Source: Octopus vulgaris
Lineage: Eukaryota
Assembly: GCA_951406725.2 (NCBI GenBank)
Contig: OX597816.1
Coordinates: 55,986,001 to 56,050,000 of the forward strand
Direction of reading: 5' to 3'
DNA: 64,000 nt
Shown: one piece after another, positions 1-12,601 of the stretch
Layout: each line of letters starts with the position of its first letter
How positions within the stretch are numbered: the first letter of the stretch is position 1
Made by a program: the position numbers and the translations under genes
Notes under the pieces: model-generated
Told to the model about the DNA's origin: nothing
The model's database searches: none
The model's input: only the letters and a program-made list of their open reading frames with translations

Positions 1-1149
1 AACGCTCAACAAGACCAGATTCTTTTTGTATTATCACACTCCCCCAACTCACTCTAAATTACTGTAAAATATTGATCGATACTTGCGCTCAATTAATTAA
101 AATATTTTTTAATGAAACATTTCAAATATTACTTTGGGCCTCAGTTAGCATAATTTAATTACTATTCAACTTTCCTAATAATCACCTGGCCAATTTTATA
201 AGGGACATGAAACTCGGAGTTATAAGTTGTAATCGAATCGAATCAAATTTTAACTGTATGATACATCCTAACTCTCGCTATTATAATGACGCTTTTCTAT
301 ATGCATTAATATGTGTGTATGCTTGTGTGTGCGTGTATGTGAGTGCATTTATATATATGTATATATATATATATATAATGTATAATATAATATAATATAT
401 ATATATATTTATATGAGGGGTGTATTTCTATATATCCGTGTGTATGTACGTGTGTGTCTATGTTGTGTGCTTATAATGTCATTTAATGTACAAACTATGT
501 AGGTGTGAGCTACTAATACTTGCATACGTTACAGTGGTTATCGAGGCACGTTTTTTAAAACACGCCTAGTGTCTCCAAGTAATCTTTAAGCTACGATTAC
601 ATAGAAACACTAGGCGTGTCATAAAAACATCTCCAGATCACGTCTCTAATGCATGATGCCAGTAGTTGCTCATAACTGTAAACTATGCTTATTAAATGAT
701 GTACCAGATAGAGTACTTATTCTGTTGAGTGAAAATATATAGGGGAGAGGATTTGAAAATGCAGAGGTCTTTCAAAGATGTTTATTGACTTGACTGGTTA
801 CACTTGCTTATAAGAAAAATATGTTCAAAAGTAAAGCGCAAGGCTTTGTGTAGCCTTTGTAGTGTTGAAAATTATTTAACATAGATATATAAAAATAGAG
901 TGATAGAGTCTTTGACAATGATGAGAAAATGTTAAGAGAAGCTTTATTTAAACAGTTTACATAAAAGTGTTCAAAATAGGGAAATAAAATAAATTCATAA
1001 TTGCTTATAAGTTCATAAGAAATCATAATTGTTTATAAACATATATACAGAAAGAATGTGTTGACGGTATTTGATAGGAAAAAAGCATGCATTGTATTGT
1101 CAAAAGTTCATCAGAAACAATAATTGCTTAGAGGAATGAGCAACGTTTT

Positions 1150-2052
1150 TCCGTCATCTCCAGTTTTATATATGTGTTTTGCAAGGATGGTTGTTATCAG
1201 AGCAGATTGGATTTTCCAGCATCTACTCTAACGTCAACTGATGTCGTGTGTCGCTGAATGAAAACTTGTTTGACAAAGACTACAATATTTATATGGACAA
1301 CTGGTTTTCCAGTCCAGACTTCCCGCAGTTGCAGGCGAGGATGACTAATTCCTTTGGGACTGTGAGAACGCACAGGAAAAACATGCCACCCGATCTTCAC
1401 GAGAAAAAAACTTCGAAAGGAGATACAACGTATTGATGACACCGCTATTGGCATTCTCGCTCTAGAGTGGTGTGACAAGAAAAACATCTGCATGTTATCC
1501 ACAATGCATTCTGCAAGTATAAAGAACATTAGGAAACAAGATGTGGCCGGTAACGCTATAATGAAACCGAGTGTAGTTCTTTCATACAATGAAGGGATGG
1601 GCGGGGTCGATCGCTTAGATCAGCTGGTGACGACACACAAATCGGCGAGAAAATTTGTGAAATGGTACAAAAAAATTTTCTTGTATATAATTGACATGTG
1701 TGTCGTGAACTCACGTTGATTTGGCAGATGCTTGGCGGTGTCAGGGATGGATTGACATTGAGGAATCTATTGCTCCGTGAAATGATAAAAAGTATCAGAC
1801 CTGCCAAAGTACAGGACGCCTTGACGTCCCCTGTCTTGCTCTATCCTCACTGTATGGTGAAGTGACGTGGACATTTTCCACGACTGTTTACCCCCCTCCT
1901 CCACCACCAAGATGACAAATGCTTCAAAGCGATGCACAGTATGTAAAGCAAAAAGGAAACGTAAGGAAACTAGATCCCTTTGTTCACAATGTGATATGTC
2001 ACTATGTGTCGTATCCTGTTTTGAACTCTGCAACACTAAAGTCAATTTTTGA
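1150..2052 (+). mobile_element. Degenerate piggyBac (PGBD-like) transposase, C-terminal half, with frameshifts and stops
   Basis: Fragment ORFs give YNIYMDNWFSSP, FGTVRTHRKNMP, MLSTMHS, YNEGMGGVDRLDQ and KWYKKIFLYIIDMCVVNS, then a Cys-rich tail CTVC...LCSQCDMSLCVVSCFELC typical of piggyBac. A possible decayed right end (GGGTTGA) lies near 2627-2633. Confidence 0.9.
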
Positions 2053-2853
2053 ATTCATGTGATTGTAGATACATGAAGTTGATCTGACTTGTGCTGTCGG
2101 GTGACCTTATTCGGGAATAAAACTGCGTGAGCGTCCTTAACGGGTATATAGCAGCACTTGCACAAACGCGATTGACGTAGAAAAATACGGCGAACGTTAA
2201 TCTCGCACTGAGTGTTGACTTCAATCGGCGCGATTACCGTTACCACGCAATGACGACGGAATTATCACCGCCGTAAACTTGTTAAAGTTGTTAATCCAAA
2301 TATACGCCAAACCATTGTCGTGCCCTAATTATTGATATCAGCTGGGATAATTGCCGGCAATGCAACCTAGTTGCTTGATAACAAAAAAAAAACAAAAAAA
2401 AAACATTCAAGATACATTTAAATCTGGAGCTGAATATATTGTGAATAAATGACAAAAATGTTACGGTATCTTAAATATTCGCATATTTACACTCACCTAC
2501 ACACACATGAACAAAAGAGGTGCACGCGTGCTTCTTTTGCAGGAACATGCGCATCGATACGCAGGAACATCCCCGTGCACGCGCACATTTTTATTTCGGT
2601 AGCTGGGATAAAGAGGGTGTTGAAGGGGGTTGACTAAAAACAAGATCTCATAATCGATGTAGTTACACGATGGCATCTGCAACATTCGCTCGAGCAGCGT
2701 CTCTAAATTATGACCACAGACACACGCACACATGCACACATACACACATACATACATACACGTATTTGTGTGGAGAGAAAGAAAGAGAGAGAGAGAGAGA
2801 ATGCTGAAGAGCATGATGTAGAAGGAAACAAAAACGAGACAGACTGATGGGTA

Positions 2854-2877
2854 GAAAGAAAGAAAGAAAGAAAAAAA

Positions 2878-2941
<64 letters not shown>

Positions 2942-2944
2942 AAA

Positions 2945-3010
<66 letters not shown>
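2854..3010. repeat. (AAAG)n microsatellite; (GA)n and (TG)n tracts follow upstream of the esterase ATG
   Basis: Read directly; (GA)n at about 3415-3448 and (TG)n at about 3567-3637. Confidence 0.95.
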
Positions 3011-3011
<1 letters not shown>

Positions 3012-3410
3012 GGAGACAGAAAAAATGAAAGAAAGATACAAAGAAACAAAGAAATTATGGAGACAGAGAGACAGAAAGAGAGAGGTGGGAGAGAGAGGGA
3101 GAGAGAGAGATAGAATAACAAAGCCAGATGTTGGTTGTATGAAACAAACGAAACTATTATTTTGTTTATATTAAAGTTTATAGGAATTTTAGGAGGCCTT
3201 CGTGTTTTTAATTCATTGTTGACTGGATTGTAGGTAATATTATTGCATTTAAAATATATATCTGAAATTACACCTGTTTTACAAACTAACATTTATTTTT
3301 TCACTAAAGGAATATCTCATTTGAAATTCGATGATTCTTTCCTGGGGAAAGACAGAATAGAAAAAAAGAGATGCAAAGAAAATTGAGTGACCAACGAAAA
3401 GAGTAAAACA

Positions 3411-3451
<41 letters not shown>

Positions 3452-3599
3452 AAGAAGAAGAAGGTAAAAGAAGGTAGGCGAGGAAGGCAGAGACTTGAAT
3501 GTGGACAACAATCAGTGAATTTAACCTATTTTCTTGCTGAAACAGCGGTTAGTGGATACTATCGTTTGTGTGTGTGTGCGTGCGTGCGTGCGTGGATGT

Positions 3600-3638
<39 letters not shown>

Positions 3639-3760
3639 GCTGTCTGAAGCAACCTACCTAGTTTTGAACACACCTCATTACAGTGGCAGCTGAAATGACA
3701 TGCGTGGTTATGTTACCTCATGTCAAGTGTGTTGTTCACATTTAGTTTAGCTGACCGATA

Positions 3761-5130
3761 ATGGCGACCACCTCTCTGTGTAAACACAGTATCTTCTGGA
3801 TATGTTTTCTTACGTTTAGCGTCACTGCGACCGGTGCTGTTCGGGAAGAAACAATTAATGTGAAACATGGAATTTTAAAAGGAACTTATGATAACGAAAC
3901 CGACGTAACATCATTTCTTGGCGTTCCTTATGCCAAAGCGCCTACTCACCACCTACGATTCGAACTGCCACAGTCTTATTATTGGAATGGTACATTATAT
4001 GCAACAAACTTTTCTTCAATATGCATGCAGGACATATCATACCTAAAAGCTTGGAAGAAATATTTGGAAAATCAAAGCATGTCTGAAGACTGTCTATATT
4101 TAAATATTTATGTTCCTGGAAATATGACAAAAAATGCAACACAACATATTATGGTCTGGATTCACGGAGGGAACTTTGTGACAGGGTCAGCCTCGTTATT
4201 TGACGGTACAAAATTGGCCAAGAAGTGGGATTCAATACTCGTCACTGTTAACTATCGCCTTGGACCTTTCGGATTTCTTGGTTCAGGAGATGAAGCCCTT
4301 CCAGGAAATATGGGTTTACATGACCAACTGATGGCTTTGAAGTGGATCAAAGAGAACGCAATTCCATTCGGTGGTGATGCACAAAATATTACACTATTTG
4401 GGACAGAGAGTGTATATTTACTGAGTCTCAGTAACAATCTCACTAATGGCTTGTTTAACAGAGCAATTGTGCAAAGCAGTTTATGGCGTTCTTTCCCGAA
4501 ACCATGGCCGATGTTTAATAAACTAGCCGGTAGTACATGTCCGCATAAGCATGAACATCATCATGAGAGCCATGTCGATGTTAAACGTAAACAGCTAAGG
4601 TGTCTAAAGAACTTGACCAGTGAATACTTTCTTAATTATACGTTGACCAATCGATTGGAACTCTTCAGCCCGACCATTGATAATATCTTTCTAAATGATT
4701 CAGTATTTCTTGCCATTCCACAAAAAGACATAGATTTCATATTTGGTGTACCTCAATTCAAGGAATCAGATTTCGAAGTGTTCCCAACCAACACAAGAAA
4801 GGGTTTTGAAAACACACTTGGGAGAACATTTTCCAACATATCAATTCTAGCGATAAAATCTCAATATTTGAAACTGGACAATGAAATGAAAAAAGTCTTC
4901 AGTAATGCTTATAATGGTCACTTGGCATACACAACTCAAACCATTGCAGACAAAACATCAAAAGACAGTCCTACCTACGTATATTCGTATTCTGTACAAA
5001 TTCCTGATATTTCATCAGAAAGTTCCTATGGAGATGAATTTCGGTTCCTGTTTGGATCGACGACAACGACGGATGAAGAAATTATTGCCGATTTAATGAT
5101 CGATGCATGGAGTCACTTTGCTCACACAGG
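3761..5130 (+). CDS. First coding exon of a secreted type-B carboxylesterase/cholinesterase-like protein, probably non-catalytic (neuroligin/CLAM-like); 3' part not found in the window
   Basis: 456 open codons. Signal peptide MATTSLCKHSIFWICFLTFSVTATG. Family motifs FLGVPYAKAP, SEDCLYLNIYVP, VWIHGGNF, VTVNYRLGPFGFL, GNMGLHDQLMALKWIKEN, FGGDAQNITLFG, LFNRAIVQS and WSHFAHTG. The ORF's TAA stop lies inside a consensus donor, ACAGG|GTAAGT (5130/5131, phase 2), just before where the family's NP motif is expected. Confidence 0.92.
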
Positions 5131-5758
5131 GTAAGTCTCAGACTTTTCTCTTACGAATTCTAGCAATAATAACAATCTTGTAGAAGCGATTGATTTATAT
5201 GTGCCCATTGCTGTCAAACTATTTAAGTATGTAATTTTAATCAATAATCCAAGGCAAAGGCAATAGAATATTAATATTACTATTGTTTGTCATTAATGCA
5301 GTCTATGCTTCGTTTGAGTAATAAATATTAAAAGAAACTATGAATAATTAGACGAGAACTTTTTATAGGAAGAGATTTGCCGGAGAGATGTTTAGATCAA
5401 TTGTTGCATACGAATGTTGGCTGGGGTGATTTCAAATAATGTTGAATTCTGGCTATTTTCGAAAGGAATATATGGTTACATTCTGTATATGGGATCAGTT
5501 GATAACAATCAAATGGGTTGTGGGAGATGAGGCTTAATGACAGGAATACGAAAAGATGAAAGGCTTGGAAAGAAATGTGTGAAAAGAGTAAGGTAATATT
5601 ATTTTCTGCAGTTCTTGGACTCAAATGGATTCTCTAAATTATGGTATTGTGAACAGTATTCTACCTTTTGACAAGATAGTATTTTGGTAAATGACATGTT
5701 GAAGATCGTTGGAATGAGGAATGAGGAAAACGTACAGATAATTATTGCGTTGCGAAGT

Positions 5759-6060
5759 CACGTGGCTTTCTGGTTAGCGTATTCGGCTCACGATCGTATC
5801 GTCGTGAGTTCGATTCCCGACTGCATGTTGTGTCCTTGAAAAAGACTCTTTATCTCACTTTACTCCTGTTCATTTATCCAGCAAAATTATCTAGCACTAG
5901 GATTTAAAAAAGTGTCCAGCCTTATCACATTCTGTATCACGCTGAACCCCGCTGAGAACTACGTTAATGGTACGCGCGTCTGCGGAGTGCTCAACTACTT
6001 AATTCCATTAACTGGATCAATTGTGACACTCGACGTCGTAGCCGACGCAGGACCGGTTTA
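5759..6060 (+). mobile_element. tRNA-derived SINE (family C), degenerate
   Basis: A-box-like TGGCTTTCTGG and B-box GAGTTCGATTCC, followed by GTTGTGTCCTTGA. A related copy lies at about 45540-45845. Confidence 0.7.
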
Positions 6061-6204
6061 GTTATTGCTTCTCTGACTTTAGGTTTGGAAATTTCGACAG
6101 TAGCAGATTTCTTCAAAACTGTTCAAATGTTTAAAATATATAACAGCTCTGTAAGACTAGGATTAGCAGTACGCACATATATACATACCTATCTACCTAC
6201 ATAC

Positions 6205-6246
<42 letters not shown>

Positions 6247-6268
6247 AAGATAGATAGATATACATACA

Positions 6269-6304
<36 letters not shown>

Positions 6305-6341
6305 TATACATATATATACATACATATATATATATATATAT

Positions 6342-6428
<87 letters not shown>

Positions 6429-6911
6429 TAAATAAATGGAGTTTAACGCAGGTGTAATCAAATATTTTTACTTTCGACACATGTTTCGAAAATTCCACTG
6501 ATACTATTCAAAAGAATAAATGGTATAAACAATGCAATTTTCTCCTCAGGAAAGTGAAAAAACGCAATTTGTCAATAAGACATTTTAGCAAAAAATGATG
6601 GATTTGTATAGCGATAGACAGAACGCTATTAATATTGTTTAAAAAAACGTTATATGATATAACGTCATAAGTAGCTAACAGAAAGAGTAGGGATACCAAT
6701 AGTGAATGTTAAATATAAAGGAAATTAAAGTTTAAATTATATATAATGATAGACACTACTTATATGCACTAATTGTATGTTTTTGCCAATGCTTACATCC
6801 GTATGCCCGCTCTTTATAAACAAGGAGTTTCAACATCTTTACTTGTGAGATTTTTGCTACCCTGGTAACTATTTTTTTTTCCATGTTAATTGTTAACAAG
6901 GAAAAAATACA

Positions 6912-6997
<86 letters not shown>

Positions 6998-7001
<4 letters not shown>

Positions 7002-7155
7002 TATTCTCTCTTTTTATTTCATCGTGTTTCTTTCTGTTGAAGAGCATCGGCTCGAAACGTAAAATACTTTCTCACCCTCCCGAGCGTCAAACTAATATAC
7101 CTGATTGATGTTTATACACTCGTTTTCGTCTTTTATTTTTCTGTAAATTTCAACT
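6998..7155 (+). mobile_element. Short TA-flanked repeat (Penelope-like terminus or non-autonomous element) carrying a hammerhead-like motif
   Basis: Homologous to 22486-22680 (-) and 16209-16310 (-). Contains CTGTTGA-A-GAGC-ATCG-GCTC-GAAACGTA at 7034-7061. Confidence 0.65.
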
Positions 7156-7719
7156 ATATACACATATACATACATACATAAATATATATATAAATGTATA
7201 TAAAGTAACAACTTAAAGACAAATGTTCCTTCAAAGGGCGGTGTAAAACATCCTGCGTACATATATACTTTCCTATATATATATATATATATATATACAC
7301 ATACATAGGTGTACCTCTCAAACTTGCCCATTTCAAACTTTCCCCAGACACTTTGGACTCTAGCCCTTATCAGAAACATCCTTCATAGATAAGAGGAGTA
7401 GTCAAATATGTGTTCAAAGAGTCTTGTAGCTAAAATTTATCATGTGGAAATGAGACTAGTTTCTATGGATCAGAAGCTTTACTCAAGAAGATATATCAGC
7501 GAAAAATGCGGTGTTCGAGATATCTAAGAATAATGAAGCCGATCAAGAAGATAGCTCAGGTGAAGGTCTAAACACTGAAGCGGAAGCAGCACTGTATATT
7601 TTTTAATTATTTTTTATAATTTGTATGTATTCATGTTATCATAAATACAAAACAACACGACGGTGGAATTGACGTAAGCTTAAATAATAGACTGTGATAG
7701 GTGAACCACGATATGGCGA

Positions 7720-8142
7720 GGGAGCACTGTACATGTATCTGAGTTGTTGTTGTTTTTGATGTTGCTGTTTGTTTGTTGAGCGAAGCTGTTTTCGTCCCGT
7801 CTGTAGTGGGAGAAGTCCGAATTGTGGTCCTTTGCTATTCGTAAGACCCGCAGAAGTGAAAGCAGGTCAACCCCCGACACCGAGAGCATCGGCAGATGGA
7901 TGAATGCGCATCCAGGTTCAGCGGTTGCGTAAGAAGTCGGGGACAAGAAACGGGAAGAAATAGTGAGAGAAAGTCGTAGCGAAAGAGTACAACAGGGGTC
8001 GCCACCACCCCCTGCCGGAGCCTCGTGGAGCTTTAGGTGTTTTTGCTCAATAAACACACACAACGCCCGGTCTGGGAATCGAAACCACGATCATCCGACC
8101 GCGAGTCCGCTGCCCTAACCATTGGGCCATTGCGCCTCCACT
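7720..8142 (-). mobile_element. tRNA-derived SINE (family D)
   Basis: Reverse complement starts GGAGGCGCAATGGCCCAATGGTTAGGGCAGCGGACTCGCGGTC...GGTTTCGATTCCC (A and B boxes) and has a (CAA)n-like tail near 7745. Confidence 0.75.
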
Positions 8143-8506
8143 GTTGTTACTGTTCATGTTATTGGTTTTCTTGGTCGTGGTTGTGGTCGTGTAGAATATA
8201 AATTCCAGGACGAGATAATAAGTTTTCAGTCAATGCAAGCAGTAAATTGTCTAATCTGGATTTTACTAATGGTTTTACTAATTGTTTATTTGCAATAAAC
8301 GAAGCTATAGATCAAGGGTCGACATTTTAGAATATGTCGGCGAAAATAAAGACCAGAGTTTCTTTGTTGAGTGTGACGCGAAATTTGGAGAATCTGTATT
8401 GTATATCACTACAGTTAGTGATGACGGGCGATCAACTTAGAATCCACGTTTAGTTTAAATAAGGGCTCGATTTTCGATATTAATGAAAAAGGAGGGAAAA
8501 TATTTA

Positions 8507-8659
8507 TAGGCTGTGTGGTAAGAAGCTTCCTTTCCAACCACATGGTTCCGAACTCAGTCCCACTGTGTGGCACCTTGGGTAAGTGTCTTCTCCCATAGTC
8601 TCGGGCTGAGCAAATTCTTGTGAGTGGATTTGGTAGACGGAAACTGAAAGAAGTCCGTC

Positions 8660-8707
<48 letters not shown>

Positions 8708-9773
8708 CGGTTGGACAAAATAATGCAAACACCTTAAACTTTCAAACAACTTTATCTTAGTAAGGTGTAGGACCGCCTTTGGCAGTAATTACAGCTTGAA
8801 TTCTACGAGGTATGGACTCGTACAAAGTTTGAATTGTTTCCAAAGAAATTTGTGTCCATTCTTCAGCTGAAGCAGTCTCCAGTTCTTGTAGTGATGATGG
8901 TGGAGGATATCGACTCCTTACTTGTTTTTCTAAAATGCACCATAAATGTTCAATAATATTGAGATCTGGGGACTGTGGTGGCCAGATAAGATGTTCAACT
9001 TCACTAGATCATCACAGATCCTCCTCCATGTTTAACAGTTGGCAGAAGGCTATCTGGAACAAATGCTTCTTTTGGCTATCTCCACACGTATACTTGGCCA
9101 GTAGTCGGAAATAAGGTAAAGGATGACTCAACTGAGAAAATAACATTCTTCTACTGCTCTTGGGACCAATTCTGTAGGTTTTTATTCCACTCTAAACGCT
9201 TTGCAACGTTTGTTTTTGAAAATAGTAATTTTCTGATTGCAGCCCTCCCGTAAAATCCAGTTTTGTGTAGCTCCTGGGAAACAGTTTTTGTGAAAACTGG
9301 ATTCTCGAGGTGGTCATTAAACTCTGCAGTAATTTTGGGAGCTGTACTTTTGTTATCCTTTCTAAGAATTTGCGCAAGAGACCAATGGTCCTTATCTGAA
9401 AGTTTTGGATTTCTTCCGGAGTTTTGTTTCTATGAGGAGGTTTTCCCTCTTTCTCAAAGGCTGTCATTACTTTCGAGACAGTACTTTTTGATACACCAAA
9501 CATTTCGGCTGTTTTCGCTACGCTAGCGCCTGCCATGCGAGCACCAACAGTTTGACCTCTTTGAAAGTCTGATAGATCAGTAATTTTAATGCATTTTAAT
9601 TACCTTTTTCTGGTGATATCTGAAAAGAAACAGCAATTTTAGCAAAACATATTAAGCAACACTAATAATAAATCAAAAAGCATTAACATAAACAAGCTTT
9701 TGACGGTAATATAGATATTTCAAAATTATAATGCTATGGTGCTAGGTGCTTCGATTATTTTGTCCAACCTCTG

Positions 9774-9827
<54 letters not shown>

Positions 9828-10205
9828 TGTGTATATGTATATATATATATGTATATATATATACATACGTATGTATATATATATATGTATGTATGTATGT
9901 GTATATATATATACATATATATACATATATACGTATATATATATATATACATATATACATATATACATATATATACATATATATATATATGCGTATGTGT
10001 TTGTGAGTATTTGTGTGTCTGTGTTTGTGCTCCCATCATCGCTTGACAACCGATGTTGGTGTGTTTTCGTCCCCGTAAGGTGGCGGTTCGGCAAAAGGGA
10101 CCGATAGAATAAGTACTACTAGGCGTACAATGAATAAGTCCCGGTGGCGATTTGCTAGACTAAAAGGCAGCGCTCCAGCATGGCCGCAGTCAAATGACTG
10201 AAACA
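8507..10205 (+). mobile_element. tRNA-derived SINE (family A) with an internal microsatellite, interrupted by a Tc1 element
   Basis: The 5' half (8507-8662) and 3' half (about 9995-10205) match the two halves of the uninterrupted copy at 62854-63317. Confidence 0.85.
8705..9773 (-). mobile_element. Tc1-family DNA transposon, internally deleted and frameshifted
   Basis: About 30-bp TIRs (TAGCGGTTGGACAAAATAATGCAAACACCT / AGGTGCTTCGATTATTTTGTCCAACCTCTG) flanked by TA. Minus-strand translation gives the HTH GASVAKTAEMFGVSKSTVSKV and WPPQSPDLNIIEHLW (about 8940-8985). Confidence 0.93.
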
Positions 10206-10989
10206 ATTTAATGGATAACAGAAAAATATTTATACTGCTCGCCAACAAACTTATAAGAGAGATGCATTCTTCAAGTGAAAATTTTCAAAGCGACGAAATG
10301 TGATATCTGTTTCAGTTCGTGATACCATGATGTCGAAGAATATTTCTAAAGAAATGTTTGTATCGACAGAAGGATACGTTACCAAATGTCTATGGGGAAT
10401 TATTGAGTTTTGGTGTTGAATTGCCGTATTTTACTTCAGGTTATGTATGTCTTCGTGTAAAACGTTTCAAATTACAATGGTTTCTACTTCGTTCTGGTCT
10501 TCTTGGAGTAATAGTCTTCTTCTTTTATGGAGAGCAAAGTTAGATTAATGACGTTAGGAGAGTCTAAAGTGTCAATTAAGTGTTCAAATGATCTTCAAAC
10601 AGAAAATATTCTCCAATAAGGAGAAAGCTTGCTGAAGAATTTCATGTAACATGTGTGTGTGTGTGTTTGCGTGCGTGCTTTAGGTTATCAGTATGGCTGT
10701 GTGCACGCGCAAATGTGTGTGTGCGCGTGCGTGGGGATTATGTGTGTGTGCGTACGTGCATGTGTGTGTGTGCGGGTGTGTGTGCGTGTGTGTATGTGTG
10801 TGCCGGCGTGCGTGTGTGTGTGTACGTGTGTATTCGTGTGTGTATTTGAGTGATGTATGCATTCATTTTCTTACACGCATACTTATTACATACATATCTA
10901 CATACAATTTTTTAAGCGATTGTTTAAGCGTAACAAATGTTATAGTGAAGCCGAATGATATTTTAAAAAATATTTAGTATACCTTTAAA

Positions 10990-11367
10990 TTATTACAACC
11001 TCTGCCTTCGCTAAGGCGGAGATATTGTTTTCAGTCGTGTTTGTTTGTTTGGCCGTGGACAAGATATCTCGAGAACCACCGGATGGATTCGAATGAAACT
11101 TTCAGAGATATTTAGCTTCGTGACTAGCACGAACTGATTAGATTTGGGGATCGATCCGATACCGGACAAGGATTCTGGATTATTTTCCCTGTTATTTTTT
11201 TGTTACTTAATTTTTGAGAGTAGTTGTGTTCATTTTTAGTATTCTCGTTTGTGAGAGCAGTCGAGTTTATTTCAGATATTCTCATTTTATGAATCATCTC
11301 TGGCTAATAATTGAGAGGATGTTGGTGTTCCTTTGTCGGAGATTTGCGCTCTTTGAGTGCTCTTGTT
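10990..11367 (+). mobile_element. Non-autonomous Helentron/DINE-1-like element
   Basis: 5' ACCTCTGCC with nearby inverted GGCGGAGAT, a (TTTG)n tract, 3' GTCGGAGAT, then the stem-loop GCGCTC-TTT-GAGTGC and a TT end. This is the HINE architecture. Confidence 0.7.
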
Positions 11368-11383
11368 GTTGTTAATATCATTA

Positions 11384-11805
11384 AGGTAGGTGAGCTGGCA
11401 GAATGGTTAGCACGCCGGGCAAAATGCTTAGCGGTATTGTGTTTGTCTTTATGTTCCGAGTTCAAATTCCGCCGAGGTCGACTTTGCTTTTCATTCTTTC
11501 GGGGTCGATAAATTAAGTACCAGTTGCATACTGGAGTCGATCTAATCGACTGGCCCCGTCCCCCAAAATTTCGGGCCTTGTGCCTAGAGTAGAAAAGAAT
11601 ATAATTAAGGAGCTGAGCTGGCAGAAACGTTAGCACGCCGGGCGAAATGCTTAGCAGTATTTCGTTTGTCTTTAGGTTCTGAGTTCAAATTCCGCCGAGG
11701 TCGACTTTACCTTTCATACTTTCAGGGTCGATAAATTAAGTACCAGTCATGCACTGATGTTGATGTAATTGACTACTCCACTCACCCTAAATTTCAATCC
11801 TTGTG
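11384..11805 (+). mobile_element. Two tandem copies of tRNA-derived SINE family B
   Basis: Heads GAGCTGGCAGAA...GTTAGCACGCCGGGC...GAGTTCAAATTCCGCCGAGGTCGAC at about 11384 and 11610. Confidence 0.85.
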
Positions 11806-11984
11806 AAACGTGAAACAAAGTGTCTTGTTCTAGCTCAGAGCACGTCGCCGGGAATTGAACTGGCGGTCGTGGGCCGAATACCGCAACCAACCCGTAAACC
11901 ACGCGCCTTCACAGCGTTGAATATAAATAAACTGCTACTGAATAAATAATCATTTTTAATTTTTGCATCAACTGGCAACTTGGG

Positions 11985-12175
11985 GGGGGGGGGATGAGTC
12001 GATTAGATCGACGCCAGTACGCAACTGGTACTTATTTAATCAACCTCGAAATAATGAAAGGCAAAGTCGACCTCGGCGGAATTTGAACTCAGAACGTAGT
12101 GACGGGCGAAATACCTATTTCTTTACTACCCACAAGGGGCTAAACACAGAGAGGACAAACAAGGACAGATGAACG
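11985..12175 (-). mobile_element. SINE family B, partial, reverse orientation
   Basis: GGCAAAGTCGACCTCGGCGGAATTTGAACTCAGAAC is the reverse complement of the family B body. Confidence 0.85.
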
Positions 12176-12542
12176 GTAAACACCGCCAAAATCTATTCGT
12201 AAATTTAGATTATTATATTTTTTTTACTGTACTGTATTAAAAAATAAAAATTATTTGTTTGTAAAGAGTAAAAGAGTAAAAGAGAGTAAGCTTAAAATAG
12301 ATTTTTATTAACCATGTATTATTGAGAATGTATTCGTAAATAAAGCACAGAACTGGGAGTGGTTATTATTGGTTTAGCCTAGAGACAAGTTAAATCTACT
12401 TCAGTCGTTTTTCGACTTAAGTCGTGTCTCCTGGAACCAATTAACGACGTAGGGCGAGACAAGCCGGTCGATATATCTATATATATATATGTATATATAT
12501 ACACACATATACACGCACGTATACGCACGCACACACACACAC

Positions 12543-12601
<59 letters not shown>

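Noticed and set aside
2497-3661. Lys/Glu/Arg-rich and Phe/Leu/Ser-rich ORFs
   Set aside because: These are translations of (AAAG)n, (GA)n and (TG)n microsatellites. The same applies to the [12 protein letters not shown] and poly-Ile ORFs throughout the window.
3761-5134. Treating the 457-aa ORF as a complete single-exon gene
   Set aside because: The stop lies within a GTAAGT donor and the fold's C-terminal part is missing.
8040-8142. tRNA genes at SINE heads (also 5760, 11390 and 62854)
   Set aside because: A and B boxes are present, but there is no closed cloverleaf and each continues into a repeat body.
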